A stretch of DNA of 64,000 nt, taken from Gnetum montanum (lineage: Eukaryota > Plantae > Gnetophyta). Where the stretch lies: assembly GCA_015680685.1 (NCBI GenBank), contig MNCI01001300.1, forward strand, positions 381,086 through 445,085, read 5' to 3'. The notes beneath the pieces are model-generated. The model was given only the letters and a program-made list of their open reading frames with translations. It was not told where the DNA came from and did no database searches. Every line of letters starts with the position of its first letter. Position 1 is the stretch's first letter. Of the stretch, positions 12,020 through 24,700 are shown one piece after another. The position numbers were made by a program, and so were the translations under genes.

Positions 12020-14400
12020 ATGTCTTCTTCTCATAGGGAAGATGGACCCAACCCACCAGTGCTGCAAGAATGTTGGGTGGTATACGCACATCCAGATAAG
12101 TATATCCCCAACTTCACCTTTATCCTGCATCAAGATGAGCATTTGCGATGGTGGGACATGGAGGGAAACATCGTATTACCTCCTAATTGATCGATTCTTG
12201 GAATGCTACTTCAAACTCTTGCTAGACTAGGCATTCAGGACCGTAGTGTGGAATACATAATGGAGGATCATGACTACTGAGACTATTGTCCAAATGAGGC
12301 ACAATGTGCACAAGATTGACAATAGGAGGAATGCCATGAACACATAAATGGAAAAAAATTTAGTAATCCTTTGTTCTTGCAGGACCCACATGATAATGAG
12401 GAACCTGGTTTTCACAATTCCCATTCGGCCAAACCTCCTCTGATGCATCAAATCATCTAGTCCATTAGTCAAAGTAAACAATCAAGCAATTAGGATCCAT
12501 AGGATGATGAGGGATCGTGTAAGAAAGATCATGGAAAAGGGAAAGATGGATGTGAAGATTGGGATCATCATCAAAGCAGAGGAGGAGATCGACACTGGGG
12601 CGGTGGCATTTCTCCTCCCTTGTCACCATCTTCTCATTCCACCTTGTCTTCACCAAGTTCTAACTGCAATTGCAACTGTAGTAGGAAGGATCGTGGTGAT
12701 GGCGATCAAAAATATCGACAGGATCCCAAGGACTGACGGGGATGATGTAAGGAAGAGTGTGATCAATCATGTGAGTCTCACCATCAAGAAAGGAGGGGCA
12801 GCCAAAATTGCCATAGACATCATGGCCATCAATAGGACTATGACTCAAATGAACCACTGCTGGCTACTCAAAGCATGCTTAACATAGCTGAGGCAGTTCA
12901 AATACCTAGTAGGCACTTGAAAGATAGTCAGATCAAGCACCTTGACATGAACAATATCCCCAAATTTGAAAGGGGATATAATTGTGATCAATAGACTTAC
13001 TTACAAGAATTTTATGATGCTTGCACCTTGCAGAATATAGACAATGATTGGAAAAAACTCAAGATGTTCCCCTGAACACTCATCAAGGAAGTAGAAAGCT
13101 AGTACTGGTCTTTGGAACTATAATCAATCAGATGATGGAGTATGATGCGAGAAATTTTTAATGATAAATACCAAACCTACTTCGGAGTGGCTAATCTAAG
13201 ATGACAGATTCAAGGGTGGAAATAGGGTGGTCATGAACCCTTGGATGCAAGCATGGGTAGATATTACTCATTGTTACACTAATGCCCTGGTCATGACTAC
13301 TCTTAGTTGGAAAAATTTTGCCATATCATAGATGGGCTTTGCTTTGAAACAAGAAAGACCCTGGGCATTTATGCTCAGGGATGACTATCTAAATTAAGGG
13401 CCCATCAACTGTAGTGCCTCATTGAGTAGGTGGCTAAAGAGGAAGGGTAATTAAAGAAAAAAGTAAGTGCAGAAGAGTATAATCGGGACCCTTCCATTCG
13501 AAATAAGGAAGTCTGATTTTTTGAAGAGGAGGAAGAATCACCACTAGATGCAACAGTGAACCAAAAAACCTTGCCCATACAAAAATTTGCCTCTAAAATT
13601 TCAGCCAAGGTTGACAAGATGTGGGATTCTTTGGATGAAAGGTTCCAAAGTGTCTTAAAAATCATGAGGAATCCAAAGAGCAAAGTAATAATTTAGATCA
13701 GCAGGGGAGAAGAGAAGTTGACTGTGCCTACCATAAAGCTAAGGGCAAAGTTGCTGTGGCAAAATGAGTTGCAGAATCTAACATAGAGGAGGATGATGGA
13801 TGTGATATATGATAGTACAAACATCCTAAGGAGTGTTGCTCGATGATGTCACATTTACAAGAGTCTAGGATATATGTGTTGAATCCTCATTTGGAAAAAA
13901 GGTAAACACCTCGAAGATTGCCTTATCCACAAGGAAATCCCAAGAAGTTCCACTAGCAACAAGGATATTATCCAAGTGGAGCACCAATGCAACCCTATGA
14001 GTATTACTAGTAATGGAAACATCCACAATCATGGGGGATGGCACCTCCAAGGTAGCAGTACCCTTACCAGCAGCTAGATCCTTACAAGTACTACGTTTAG
14101 CAACCAGTCTCCCCATGGGACTCTTCTAGTCACGTGCCATTTCAAAATCATTACTACCCCTCGGAACACTTTTGAACACAATCTCCATCACCTAGGGGGG
14201 GAGAACCCACATCTATACTATCCTCCGTCACCTTCTCCTACCATACCTACTCATCAGCCCTCCACTCAGCTACCTCCTACTCCACCTATGCAGGGAGAGA
14301 TACCACCATAGCCATAACAACGTAATGCCACGAGGGTTTTCAACTTACAATCAGCTTCTCATCTAAGTGGACTAGAATCAAAACCATGGAAATGTCCTTT
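12020..14400 (+). pseudogene. gag: Athila-like gag, disrupted
   Basis: An R/D/H-rich low-complexity N-terminus, then NIPKFE...LQEFYDAC...KLKMFP*TL..EVES*YWSL, then a Q/P-rich tail. Confidence 0.75.
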
Positions 14401-14579
14401 CTTGTTGTCCAATATCCCAAACATACCTTTACATTCACTTGTGGTCAGTGCCCCTGAACCTTCAATCACCTCCATCATTCAACCCTTTGAGCAACCTTCA
14501 AGCCAAACACCCTTGAAAGTACAAACTGTCATGCTAACACATGCTATGATAAACTGGATAAAGGTAGGTCATCTACCTT

Positions 14580-17500
14580 AGATATTGACTAATCCAGGGA
14601 GTCCCATCATATACCTTCAAGTGGCAAGAAATGAGCCATGTAAAGCTTTCTTGGATTTGGGCTCAAGCATCAATATGATTTCACACGATATGTGTAAGAC
14701 TTGGAACGTACCCCCGATGAAGAAAAGCAACATTTAGCTCAAGTTGGTAGACCAATCCATAACTGTTCCCTTGGAATCAATAGAAGATATCGTGACCACT
14801 GTTTGTGGGTGGTCCTATTTTGCTGACTTCTTGGTCATCCAGGTTGATAATTGCAAGGGGAATTTCCCAATCATAATGGGGAGAGCCTAGCTTAGCATAG
14901 TGGAAGCATGATTGGGAGTCTGAGATCTTTCCCTTGAAATTTCAAAAGAAAATCCTTTTGAAAAGATTAAGAAGAAGCGCATCCCATGCATCGTGTACAG
15001 TGACTCCAAGTGCAACTGTGCAGCAACTTTGGTCCACTAAGCAGACATCTATTCAAGCATGCAGTCAGTGTACTAAAGAATCACAGATTCAATGATGTCT
15101 GTACATAGTAGCCACAAATCAAGAAGGCACCCAATGGCTGATTGTTGAATCTAATAGTAGCACTCTATGCATGGAACCATTTGAGGGCCTTGTATGTGCT
15201 TATATGGAAAGCATGAATGAATTGGAAAAGGTCCATCAATGAATCTCCACTGTTGATGATAGTGATGATTTGGGAAAGCTATAGATCCTTGAAAGCTTTC
15301 GATAAGAGCCCCTGCCAATCTAGAGTATGCCTTCTTGTAGAACGAAAAACTGGTAATCATCAATGCCACTCTTTCTCCTGAATGAAAGAAGAGATTGTTA
15401 AAGATGGTGAACAAATGGGTGGCTGCTTTAGCATAGTCATATGCTACACTGACTGGAGTTGACCTTAGGGTATGCCAACATTGGATCTATATCGACCCCT
15501 CCATGAAGCGACAACAGCAGCTGCAAAGAAGATTGAACCCTAAGTTGAAGCAGATCATCAAGGATGAAATTGAACAATTGCTGAAAGCAAGGTTCATATA
15601 TTCTATTGTAGATAGCGAATGGATCAACCCACTCATTATAGTGCCAAAGAAGGGTGGAAAATGGAGAGTTTTTATAGATTTCCGACTACTAAATATGGCA
15701 ACCTTCAAGCATCACTTCCTACTTCCATTTGTGGATCAAGTATTGGATGCTATTTTAGGGCATTGTTACTATAGCATTTTGGATGGTTATAGTGGCTATA
15801 GCCAAATCCAAATCGCACCTGAAGACTAGCCTAAGACAACATTTACAAGTCCCTAAGGGACTTTCACATATAAGAAGATGCCCTTTAGCCTATGCAATGC
15901 ATGTGCAACATTCCAACACCTCATCCTTAGCATCTTTTAGCAACAAATTGGCAATGGAATAGAAGTTTTCATGGATGACTTCTCTACCTATGGAGTAACT
16001 TTTGAACAAGCCTTGGACCACCTTGAGCAAGTCTTAAAAAGATGTGTGGAAAAAAATTTATGGCTCAACTGGCAAAAGAGTCACTTCATGGTCTAAGAGG
16101 GCATTGTTCTGGGGCATTGAATTTTACAAGCAGGGATTGGTGTAGAACCTAAAAATATCAAGATCATATAAGGAATCACTAGTCAACCAAGCACTGTAAA
16201 AGATGTTCAGTCATTCCTTGGACACACTAGTTATTATCGATGCTTCATTGAGAATTTCTTGAAGATCGCCAAGTCGTTGGTGGAACTAACAAAGAAGGAC
16301 GCTCCATCTTTCTGGACTAGGGAATGCGAGTCTACATTCCAAACACTAAAACAAAAACTCATAGAGAGTCTAATTCTACAGGCACTCGATTAGTCTAGAC
16401 CATTTCACATTATGATGAATGCATTTAATTATGCATTGGGAGCTGTGCTCACATAGTTGGATGACCAACAACATCCATATTACATCCACTGTGCTAGTCA
16501 AAGCATTGTGGGTGCTCAACTCAAATACATCACCATTGAAAAGGAATTTATGGTGGTGGTGTTCACCTTGGAAAAGTTCTGATACTATGGCTTGGTTTGA
16601 TGGTATGTCCCTGATGAGGATAAACTACACATCCTTCAAGATGCTTATGAGGGCCCTTGTGGGGGCCACTATGTTGGATGATGCATGACCATTAAAATCT
16701 TGCTTGTAGGATATTACTAGCCTACACTCTTCAGAGATGCTCAATGGTTTGTCCACTCCTATGAATGATGTCAAAGAGACAGTGGGATGACAACACGAAT
16801 GGAGGGACCACAATAGTGGATCCAGCCACTAGAACCCTTTGATATTTGGGGCATTGAATTCATGGGTTACATCACACCCATGTCCAACGAAAAGGTGTAT
16901 ATCATCATTGTAGTAGACTACTGTACCAAGTGGGTAGAGGTAGGAGCCATCACTGACTATTCCTCAACTACCGCCGCATGGTTTGTCCAACAACAAATTG
17001 TGAATAGGTTTGGGGTGCTACGTGCACTCATTTCGGATAATGGAACTCATTTTGTGGGTAATACTTTTCGTAAACTCATGCATCAATTGGGGGTCAAACA
17101 TAAATTTACAACACCCTATCACCCCCAAGCGAATGGGCAACCCGAAGTCACAAATAGGGAGATTACAAAGATCCTAACTAGGACCATTAGCAAATATAGG
17201 AGGGATTGGAGCATGAAACTGAACGATGCCCTATGGACCTATCGTTCAATGTGGAAACTTCCTATAGGCTACTCTCCTTATGAGTTAGTGTATGGGAAAC
17301 TACCAAAACTTCCAATTCAGGCAGAACTTTGAATACTATCTACCGCTAGTGACTTGGGACTTGACTTATCACTAGCACAATGAGAACAACTTATCAACTT
17401 GAATGTGCTAAATGAGAATTGACTAGTACACAAGGCCTATAATAAAAAACATCATGATCTTAGGATTCAAAAGGTAACATTTCAACATGGAAATAAGGTA

Positions 17501-17680
17501 CTCTATTGGAACCCCACACATGTACCGAAACATACTAAGTTTGAAACACTATGGGAGGGACCTTATATTGTTTCTAAAACCTTTCCATCTGAGGCCCTAT
17601 TTATCCACAAACCTGAGGATCCCATGAAAACATAGTTAGTCAATATGCAATAATTAAAACCCTTCCACGAACTCCACCGA
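14580..17680 (+). pseudogene. pol: Athila-like pol (protease, RT, partial RNase H, integrase), disrupted
   Basis: PR: AFLDLGSSINMI near 14645. RT: WINPLIIVPKKGGKWRVFIDFR, LDGYSGYSQI, EVFMDDFS. RH: NYALGAVL. INT: VDYCTKWVE, ISDNGTHF, YHPQANGQPEVTNR (ORF 16862..17332). Confidence 0.93.
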
Positions 17681-19804
17681 ACCAGTATCACTACCCTTTC
17701 ATCACAAAGTCAACCTCGTTCCATTTTTTGGGTCTCTTCCTTGTAGCTCAGTTGTGGGGGAGATCATCATCCATGTTAATAACCTCTATTGGCTCCTTAG
17801 TTGTTTTTGAAAGTTTTTGTTTTACAACATCATTCATACGTTTGACCATTCTTACTTAATTTTTCCTTTATTTATTTATTTATTTCTATATGTATATATG
17901 TACTTATCTTTCAGCTATTTTCTACCTCTCATTAATACACTATCTTATTATCATAGGACGTACTAGTGTAGTTTTTCTTCTTTGCGATGATGCATATTAT
18001 GGTCTACCTATTATATCTAGTTCCTACCTTAGCATTGTTGTTCCAGGAAGTCACGTTATACTTTCATTTCATTTAACAGGCAGTGAATCCATGTCATCCA
18101 CCCATCCACCCACTCCATGATTTTCCTTATTTTGGAAATATGCAATCCTTTTTCCATTAAAAAAACTTTAATTAATTTGTGACTTGTGAAGTTTCGGACT
18201 TGGGCAGGAGCCAATGATTTGAACAGGGTGTGACTTCAAAGGGAATGCAACATTCTTCATACTTTTCTATTCCCTTGTCTATGAGAGTGTCCTCACAGAC
18301 TACTTACCACTCCCATACTAGGAAGTTCATTAGCAATTTATCCTTGCACAGTGTGGTCCTCATCATTTTTTTTAAAAAAAGAGGATTCAAATCACACCCC
18401 TTGGACCAAATGCATGCAAAACCACATGGGTCTTTGCATGCTATTGTTCCCATAAAAAAAGAAAAACAAAAAAAAGAAAAAGAAAAAAAAACATGGGAAT
18501 TAAAAGCACACCCCTTAGACTACCTCTAATAGGCTACAAGCACTAGTTATGGGACTTTTTTTGTCCCCTCTAACTTAGCGCCTTTTTCACTTCCTATCTT
18601 GCACTCATGTTGGAGTGATGTTTTTTTGTTGGAGCATTCTTATGCCTCAAAGGAATGGACTAGTCTTAGAATGTTGATGCAATGTCATGGAGTGTGGTTG
18701 GTTTTGGGTCTGAACTAAGGATGGCTCCTACTGAGTCACTTAATCACACAGTTCACAAGGGATTTCATGTGATCAAACTTAGGAATTCCATTTCACTCCC
18801 TCTTCTCTCCATTATTTTCTTCCCATTACTCACCTCACTACTAGTTTTATGTGTTGATCGTTTGTTGTACCTTGCTTAAACTTGTAAATTCTTCGGTTGG
18901 TTCTCATGGTATGAGTATTAACTTATGATAACCATTAGTTAACTATGGGGCCCATGGACTCCTATGTTGAAGATGTGCAAGGGAAATTAAGGCTAATGCC
19001 TGCTATGGGGAGGACCCACTTGCATATCCTTTGGTACTGATTATTAATCTCCTTCCCCTTTGGTATAATTCATCGATCATCTCCATTCTATCCATCGCAT
19101 GGCTCTTCACCCACAAAGTTCCATCCTATGATATTCTCCTACCTTACTCTTCTTTTAATAACAATCTTTCTTCCTCTTTCTATTGGATAGTTCTTTGGTC
19201 TCTAAGTTATTACATCACCCCAACTTTGTGTTCTAATCCAAAGATTTGGGCCCTTGCTTCATTGGTCACTGCAGGTCAACTAAGCTGAATAACTGAGTCA
19301 ACTAGGCCCCATATATGCATCCCCTTGCATTTATGTAGCCTTGTCGAAACATGTCAAAAATCTTATATATACCCATGTTGTGCATTTGAAAATTGTCCAT
19401 TTGTTCACAAATCAAGGGGAGTTTTTCCATTTTTTCCATCAAGTCTTCTTACTGAGCACATACCATTTCTACCATGTGTCCCAATCCAACCATTCGTTGA
19501 GCCTTTCACTACTAAGGGGATGCTCTGAATTATTGGGGGGGGGGGGTGTGTGTGGGGAGGTCTATAATTATTATGATTATCAAGAATTAACACCTCTTAG
19601 AAAATAAACAAGAAAAAAAAACAACAAAAAAACTATAAATGACAACTCATTATGTTTTATTTTTTTTAACCCCTCAACTACACTCCAAGGAACCTAACAA
19701 GATGCACGTGCTAGTGTCATAGCTTGGCCAAAATGAGAAGGTGTATTATTAGCATTTTGAGAAACTTATACACATTTTAATTCATGGTTATGTTGTGACT
19801 GTAG

Positions 19805-22700
19805 ATGGCACCTAAATTAAGGCATCCAAGGGGAGAAGGATCATTGCAACCAAGGGACAAGAAACCTAAAATGGGAAGAGGATGGGGTGCACAACCTCAA
19901 GAGCATGAGGAGGGCTCACATGCAACTAGCCCTCTCCACAAAGAAATTGATGTGGAATTTTTTTATCAGATTCCTGAAGAGGACATCCCTTGTGAACAAT
20001 CGTAAAGGGACAAGACTTCTATTGTAGCACCATGGCTTGAGGTCACCCTGACCTAAGCCTGTATTGATGCTATCAAGTTGAGGGAGCTACAATGAATGGT
20101 CCTTCAGGAGTTAAACTTTGGACCATTTCTATAAAATGCACCAGAAGAAGTGAGAACCCAACTGCAAAATTCTCCTATGTGGGCAATCATCACCTCTAGT
20201 GATGAATGGTACCTAGGATAAACTTATCTCTTTTGGAAAAATCAGCAATCGGGGTCCTGACTAAGAATCAAGGAGATTCATATATCTTACTCTATAGAAG
20301 CAATCATGCAAGCTCTTGGGTTGCCTAAGATCGGAGTTGATGTGGTGGAGATTCCAAAATAGGTAGATCCCAAGGTTAAAGGGGAGTGGATCAGATGGTG
20401 CTATGGGGTAAAACGTAAGGAGTTTGGCACACTAATCACCACAGAGAGGGTCTACTCAAAAATTGCATCTTACCACTTGAATCCAATGGTAAGACCCAGA
20501 AAGATCACTACCTTCTTTGCTCGTGCATGTGCCACTCTAAGTGGAAAGTTCCCCATTAGCCTTCCATAGTTACTTTTCCTTGAAATTGAAAAATAATTTG
20601 TGAAAATGAATGGGGAAGGCAAGCTCTACCCTTTCCCTACCTAATCAGGAAGTTGTGCAAATGGGCAGGGATAGCACACTACACTAATGATACACTTCGT
20701 CACGTCCCAATTGCCTTGTGGCATGAAATGATGAAAGACAAGACTCTTGCCACAATGCGAATAAGGGAAGAGTAGTAATCACCTCCACCACTAGCACAAA
20801 CAACAAGGTCGAGCTTGTAGATGATTGCAGAAAACATACATGAGATTTGATAACTGCTCTTGAGATAGTAAGATAAATCAGTAGGAACTGGCGGTGGAGA
20901 AGACCCTTCGGTGTACCGCCCTGCAATAATCCATCTTGAACAAGTGGCTTGATCTGTAAGTTTACTAGAGAGATCACGGTTGATGTTTTCTACAGCATGA
21001 ACACAAGTTCTTGCAAGAATGGAGCCCAATGTCTGAGAAGTAATGGTCTCCACCCAAAAAATATTTCTTGAAATTTTAGGAAATGCGACTACTATCTCAG
21101 TGTGCTTGAAGGATGGAGAAGGACCGATTGTCCTGGTAATGCAAGACCGGGGATAAGAAGTTGCAGCAGAACTCGTTGACATAATTGCTATAGCCCTTAA
21201 TGCATCTACTACACTTGTACCAGATTTACATGGACTTCGAGATGTACAGACATCTATAGAAACTCAACATAGTAGAGTTAATGTAGCCCAACATGAAGAG
21301 TTGTTGGATCGACTAGTGGGAACTGGGCAACCACTTCTGGATGTTTTTGATCTTCCAGACAACATCACTGCAACCTAGTCAGAGTTGCTCTTAGCTAGGG
21401 GTAAGTGCCTCATCTTGGAGGGGGCAACTTGAAGTAGCCCAGGGTGAACATCAATGCTTGGCTATGGAAGTTGCCCAACTAAGGGTTCAACTTGCTGATT
21501 TAGCTCTCCTCAACCCTGAACTCACCAGGGATGAAGCTTTTCAATAGCTTCAAACCAAACTTTAGATAGTTGAGAATGAGCGAGAGTCAGAAATCTTTGG
21601 CAAGTCCTTAATAGACACTCGTTCTTATCATCTAAACAAGGACTTGGTAGAGGTTCTCTAGGAGAATGTTAGGTTGACTGTAGAAGTTCATTGCCTACAC
21701 AACGTTGGTGTTGAAAATCAACACATGAAAAATTTTATCCACCAATAGGAGGAGGAGATAGCCAAGGTAAACACTAATGTAAGGAGATTGACAGATGAAA
21801 ATCGTAATTTATCCATGGAGGAAGTTTGAGCCTTGCAACAAAAATAAGCTATTGAAATCACCGCTTGGAAAATGAGGCCCTTAAGTTTGAATGAGTAAAA
21901 AATCATTATAGGGACCAAGTGGGATTGCAAAAGGAAGTTAATGAAAAAGAGATTCAAGTCACAAAGGCCAAGATGAACTAAGCTCTCCAACAACTCAAGG
22001 AAGGAGGTGAGGTGTGGTAGCCCATCTTAGATGGATTGAATGCCTATAACTAGGTTGAGATCCATCTCAAGGAGCTACAGATTGAAGAGATGACAAAATA
22101 CATGGAGTTAGACAATCTCCGTTATGAAAACTTGGCTATGTTGATAGCTGGAAGGCCATGGTTAGACCTAGAGAAACAAGTGGCCACATCATATTCTTTA
22201 TACAAGGGCAAGTTCCAAGTGTATAAATAGACAAAGTAAAAGCTAGAAATAGCCAATGTGGAACTTGAAGTTCTTTGCACTCATTTTGAAGGACAATGCA
22301 CTATTGCAGAGAACTTGGCCCAGTGAATGAATAACTACCAGTAGTTGAAAACATCAGTCCAAGCATTTGATATTGAATGAAAATAGTTCACTGCCTGGTT
22401 TGTCAATTTGAAGGAACTCTTACCTACACTTCCATGCCCTTGGGATGTTCCCATTCTAGCACACATTGGTGAAGCTGCTTGGATGGTGAACGATCCTAGA
22501 AACAAAGAGGAGAAGATGAGGGCATTGTTGGAGGCTTTTTGATTGCCTCTGGAAGTTGCAAGGGCTACAGAACAACCATCATCAATGCCTCAACCACCAT
22601 GTGCACCAGAAGCTGGCAAAGGCCCATCAAAACCACCACCACCAGGAATTGTGTGACCTTCTCTAGCAACTTCAGCATTTTTGCAGGGTTGAGAATTTAT
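19805..22700 (+). pseudogene. Athila env-like / 3' accessory ORF with a long C-terminal coiled-coil-like region, disrupted
   Basis: Starts MAPKLRHPRG just after a TGTAG acceptor-like site. Contains ALGLP near 20310 and LPFPYLIRKLCKWAGI (20626-20673), as recalled for Athila env-like ORFs, then E/K/Q/L-rich sequence from about 21480 to 22400. Confidence 0.75.
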
Positions 22701-22895
22701 GGCTATCAAGGTGTTCGATTTCATTATCTATGAACACTAAATTTTTTTAATTTTTTTTGCCATACATTGGGGCACTTAATATGTTAGTAGAGTCAGTGTG
22801 TGTGTAAATGTGTTTTGTCGTGTGTACCGTTAATAACTTCATACCTTCAAAATTGTAATAAACTCGAGAGGAGTTTTCACTCAATCCTGGGGGTA

Positions 22896-23775
22896 TGATG
22901 AAGTTTTTAGTTGATAAGTTGATTGGGCCACGTTAATAGAGCCTTGTTGACATGGACACGTTGATATGACCCCATCAATGTATCCATCCATGTGTTAACA
23001 TGACCTTGTTAATGTAGAGTCTGCCTCTCGCTATAAATATGCATGCACCTACAGCATTTATGGCATATTCTTAGTAGTTGTAGCAAAGCCCTTATAGTTT
23101 GTTTTTTTGTAAGTTAGAATATTTCCCAAGTGCCCATAGTAGGTGTGAGAAAGGTGTATGGCTCTTTATTCGAGAGCTAATGTACTTGAGCCCATTGGCA
23201 TGAGTGGTAATAAAGATGAGCTTTTTGAATATTACTTGCAGCATTTGGATTCAAAAAACTTTAATATTTTGACATTTTAAGCATTCCAAAGTCCTTTATT
23301 ATTTTTGCTTTATGTTTATTGTACTTTTCATATTTTATGAGAACCATAGGCATGACCATCTCGAACATATATTAGAAACTTGATAACTAAGTGATGCTTA
23401 ATGTCTAGTAACCTAGTAGTGGTTAGGATATGCTCAGGGTGTGCACAGAAGATGGGATTGCCCCCCCATGCTAGGGAGAGTTAAGTGATAGAGTAGAATT
23501 ATTACAAGTTACACAACTTTTCATTTCCTACATTAAAAGAGTTAGACCTTTAAAGATAAAAAGAAAACTGATAAAAATCATTTGCCTCAATCTCACTCAA
23601 CCATCACTTTAGAATATCATAGGTGAGATTGGGAAGACAACGACCGTTCTAACTAAGGTTTTGCTAGTTAGAATTTGATGTATGTAAGTGTTTGTAGCCT
23701 GCAGAATTCGACCGAGTTGCATGTGAACACCCGTGATTCATATGGTTGGATGTAGGGCTACCTCACCACTCATCA
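22896..23775 (+). repeat. 3' LTR of the Athila-like element
   Basis: TGATG start after the PPT, CATCA end followed by the TSD CCTCC. Confidence 0.93.
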
Positions 23776-23780
23776 CCTCC

Positions 23781-24690
23781 TATGGTACTAATATTTGTTA
23801 TAGAAGCCTTCATGCCATATCCAAAAGTGAAATTTTCACAATTTTATTTTATGACGTAGGTAAACTAGGGTTTTTCCTCTATCATATGTCTCAAACATCT
23901 ATTGCCAATATACCACATGCTTGTGTTGACTATAGAAAGAGCAACTGTAGCCATCATGTTTAATTTAGGTTTCTCTTTTTGCTTCCAAAGTTGCAAAGTG
24001 CCTTGTCTAGGCTACTTTTGCAAAGACCAAGCATATCATTTCATTCTAAGATAGAAATATGCTTAAATATGTCCAAATTTTCCACAATAAAAACATTTTA
24101 GAATTCTAAATTTTGACATGTTACCAAACCTAGAGTAGCCTCCTCCTATAGAGCCTTGAAGATGTACATCCTCTTGATCATTTGGCTCTTCTAAAGATAT
24201 CTTATTCATTTTCTCAATAATCTTTGTTAGTCTTTGAATCTTAGCCATATGGTCCGAGTTTTGTTTCTCAAGACAAGAAAATTTATCATTAAGAGCTGTA
24301 ATGTTTATTTCTTTGTCATGTAAGATATCTTGCATTTCAAGGCATACACTTTGAAAAAAGATAATTTTACTATAAAGAAACTCATACCTTTTTGCAAAGG
24401 AGTTTTCATTAATTTTATGATGACTTTGATTATTATTTAGACTTTTCTTTTGAATTTTGATATATATTATCAACCCTACAATCAAAATTTCTTCTAGAGG
24501 CTACATGGTCTCCTCTATTAGCTATCAAATTGAAAGTAGAAGAAGGAATAAAAGACTTACCTTGACTAATGTAGCATAGGGATTGAATGTAGCAGTTGAT
24601 GAAGCATCTTAGTCTATTTGTCCATTTGAGTTTGATGTTTTTTGTCCCTTCCATATTCATGTTGAGTTATCCATGTGAGATTACCAAGAT
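23781..24690 (-). pseudogene. gag: SIRE-like copia gag (internally deleted) and protease
   Basis: Coiled-coil-like stretch and KCFYCGKFGHI knuckle (ORF 24063..24485); protease WYIGNRCLRHM near 23885-23915 (decayed WYIDSGCSRHM). It continues the copia pol across the Athila insertion. Confidence 0.85.
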
Positions 24691-24700
24691 TCAGTACCAT

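Larger units (their letters stand above)
10962..23775 (+). mobile_element. Full-length Athila-like Ty3/gypsy element with env-like ORF, inserted in the copia element; TSD CCTCC
   Basis: LTRs at 10962-11855 and 22896-23775 (T[A/G]ATG...CATCA); CCTCC at 10957-10961 and 23776-23780; Asp-type PBS; gag-PR-RT-RH-INT with Athila motifs; PPT-like CTGGGGGTA. Confidence 0.93.

Noticed and set aside
19535-19560. Functional G-quadruplex
   Set aside because: A G run in the Athila pol-env spacer, explainable as an internal purine tract or homopolymer slippage; no further support.
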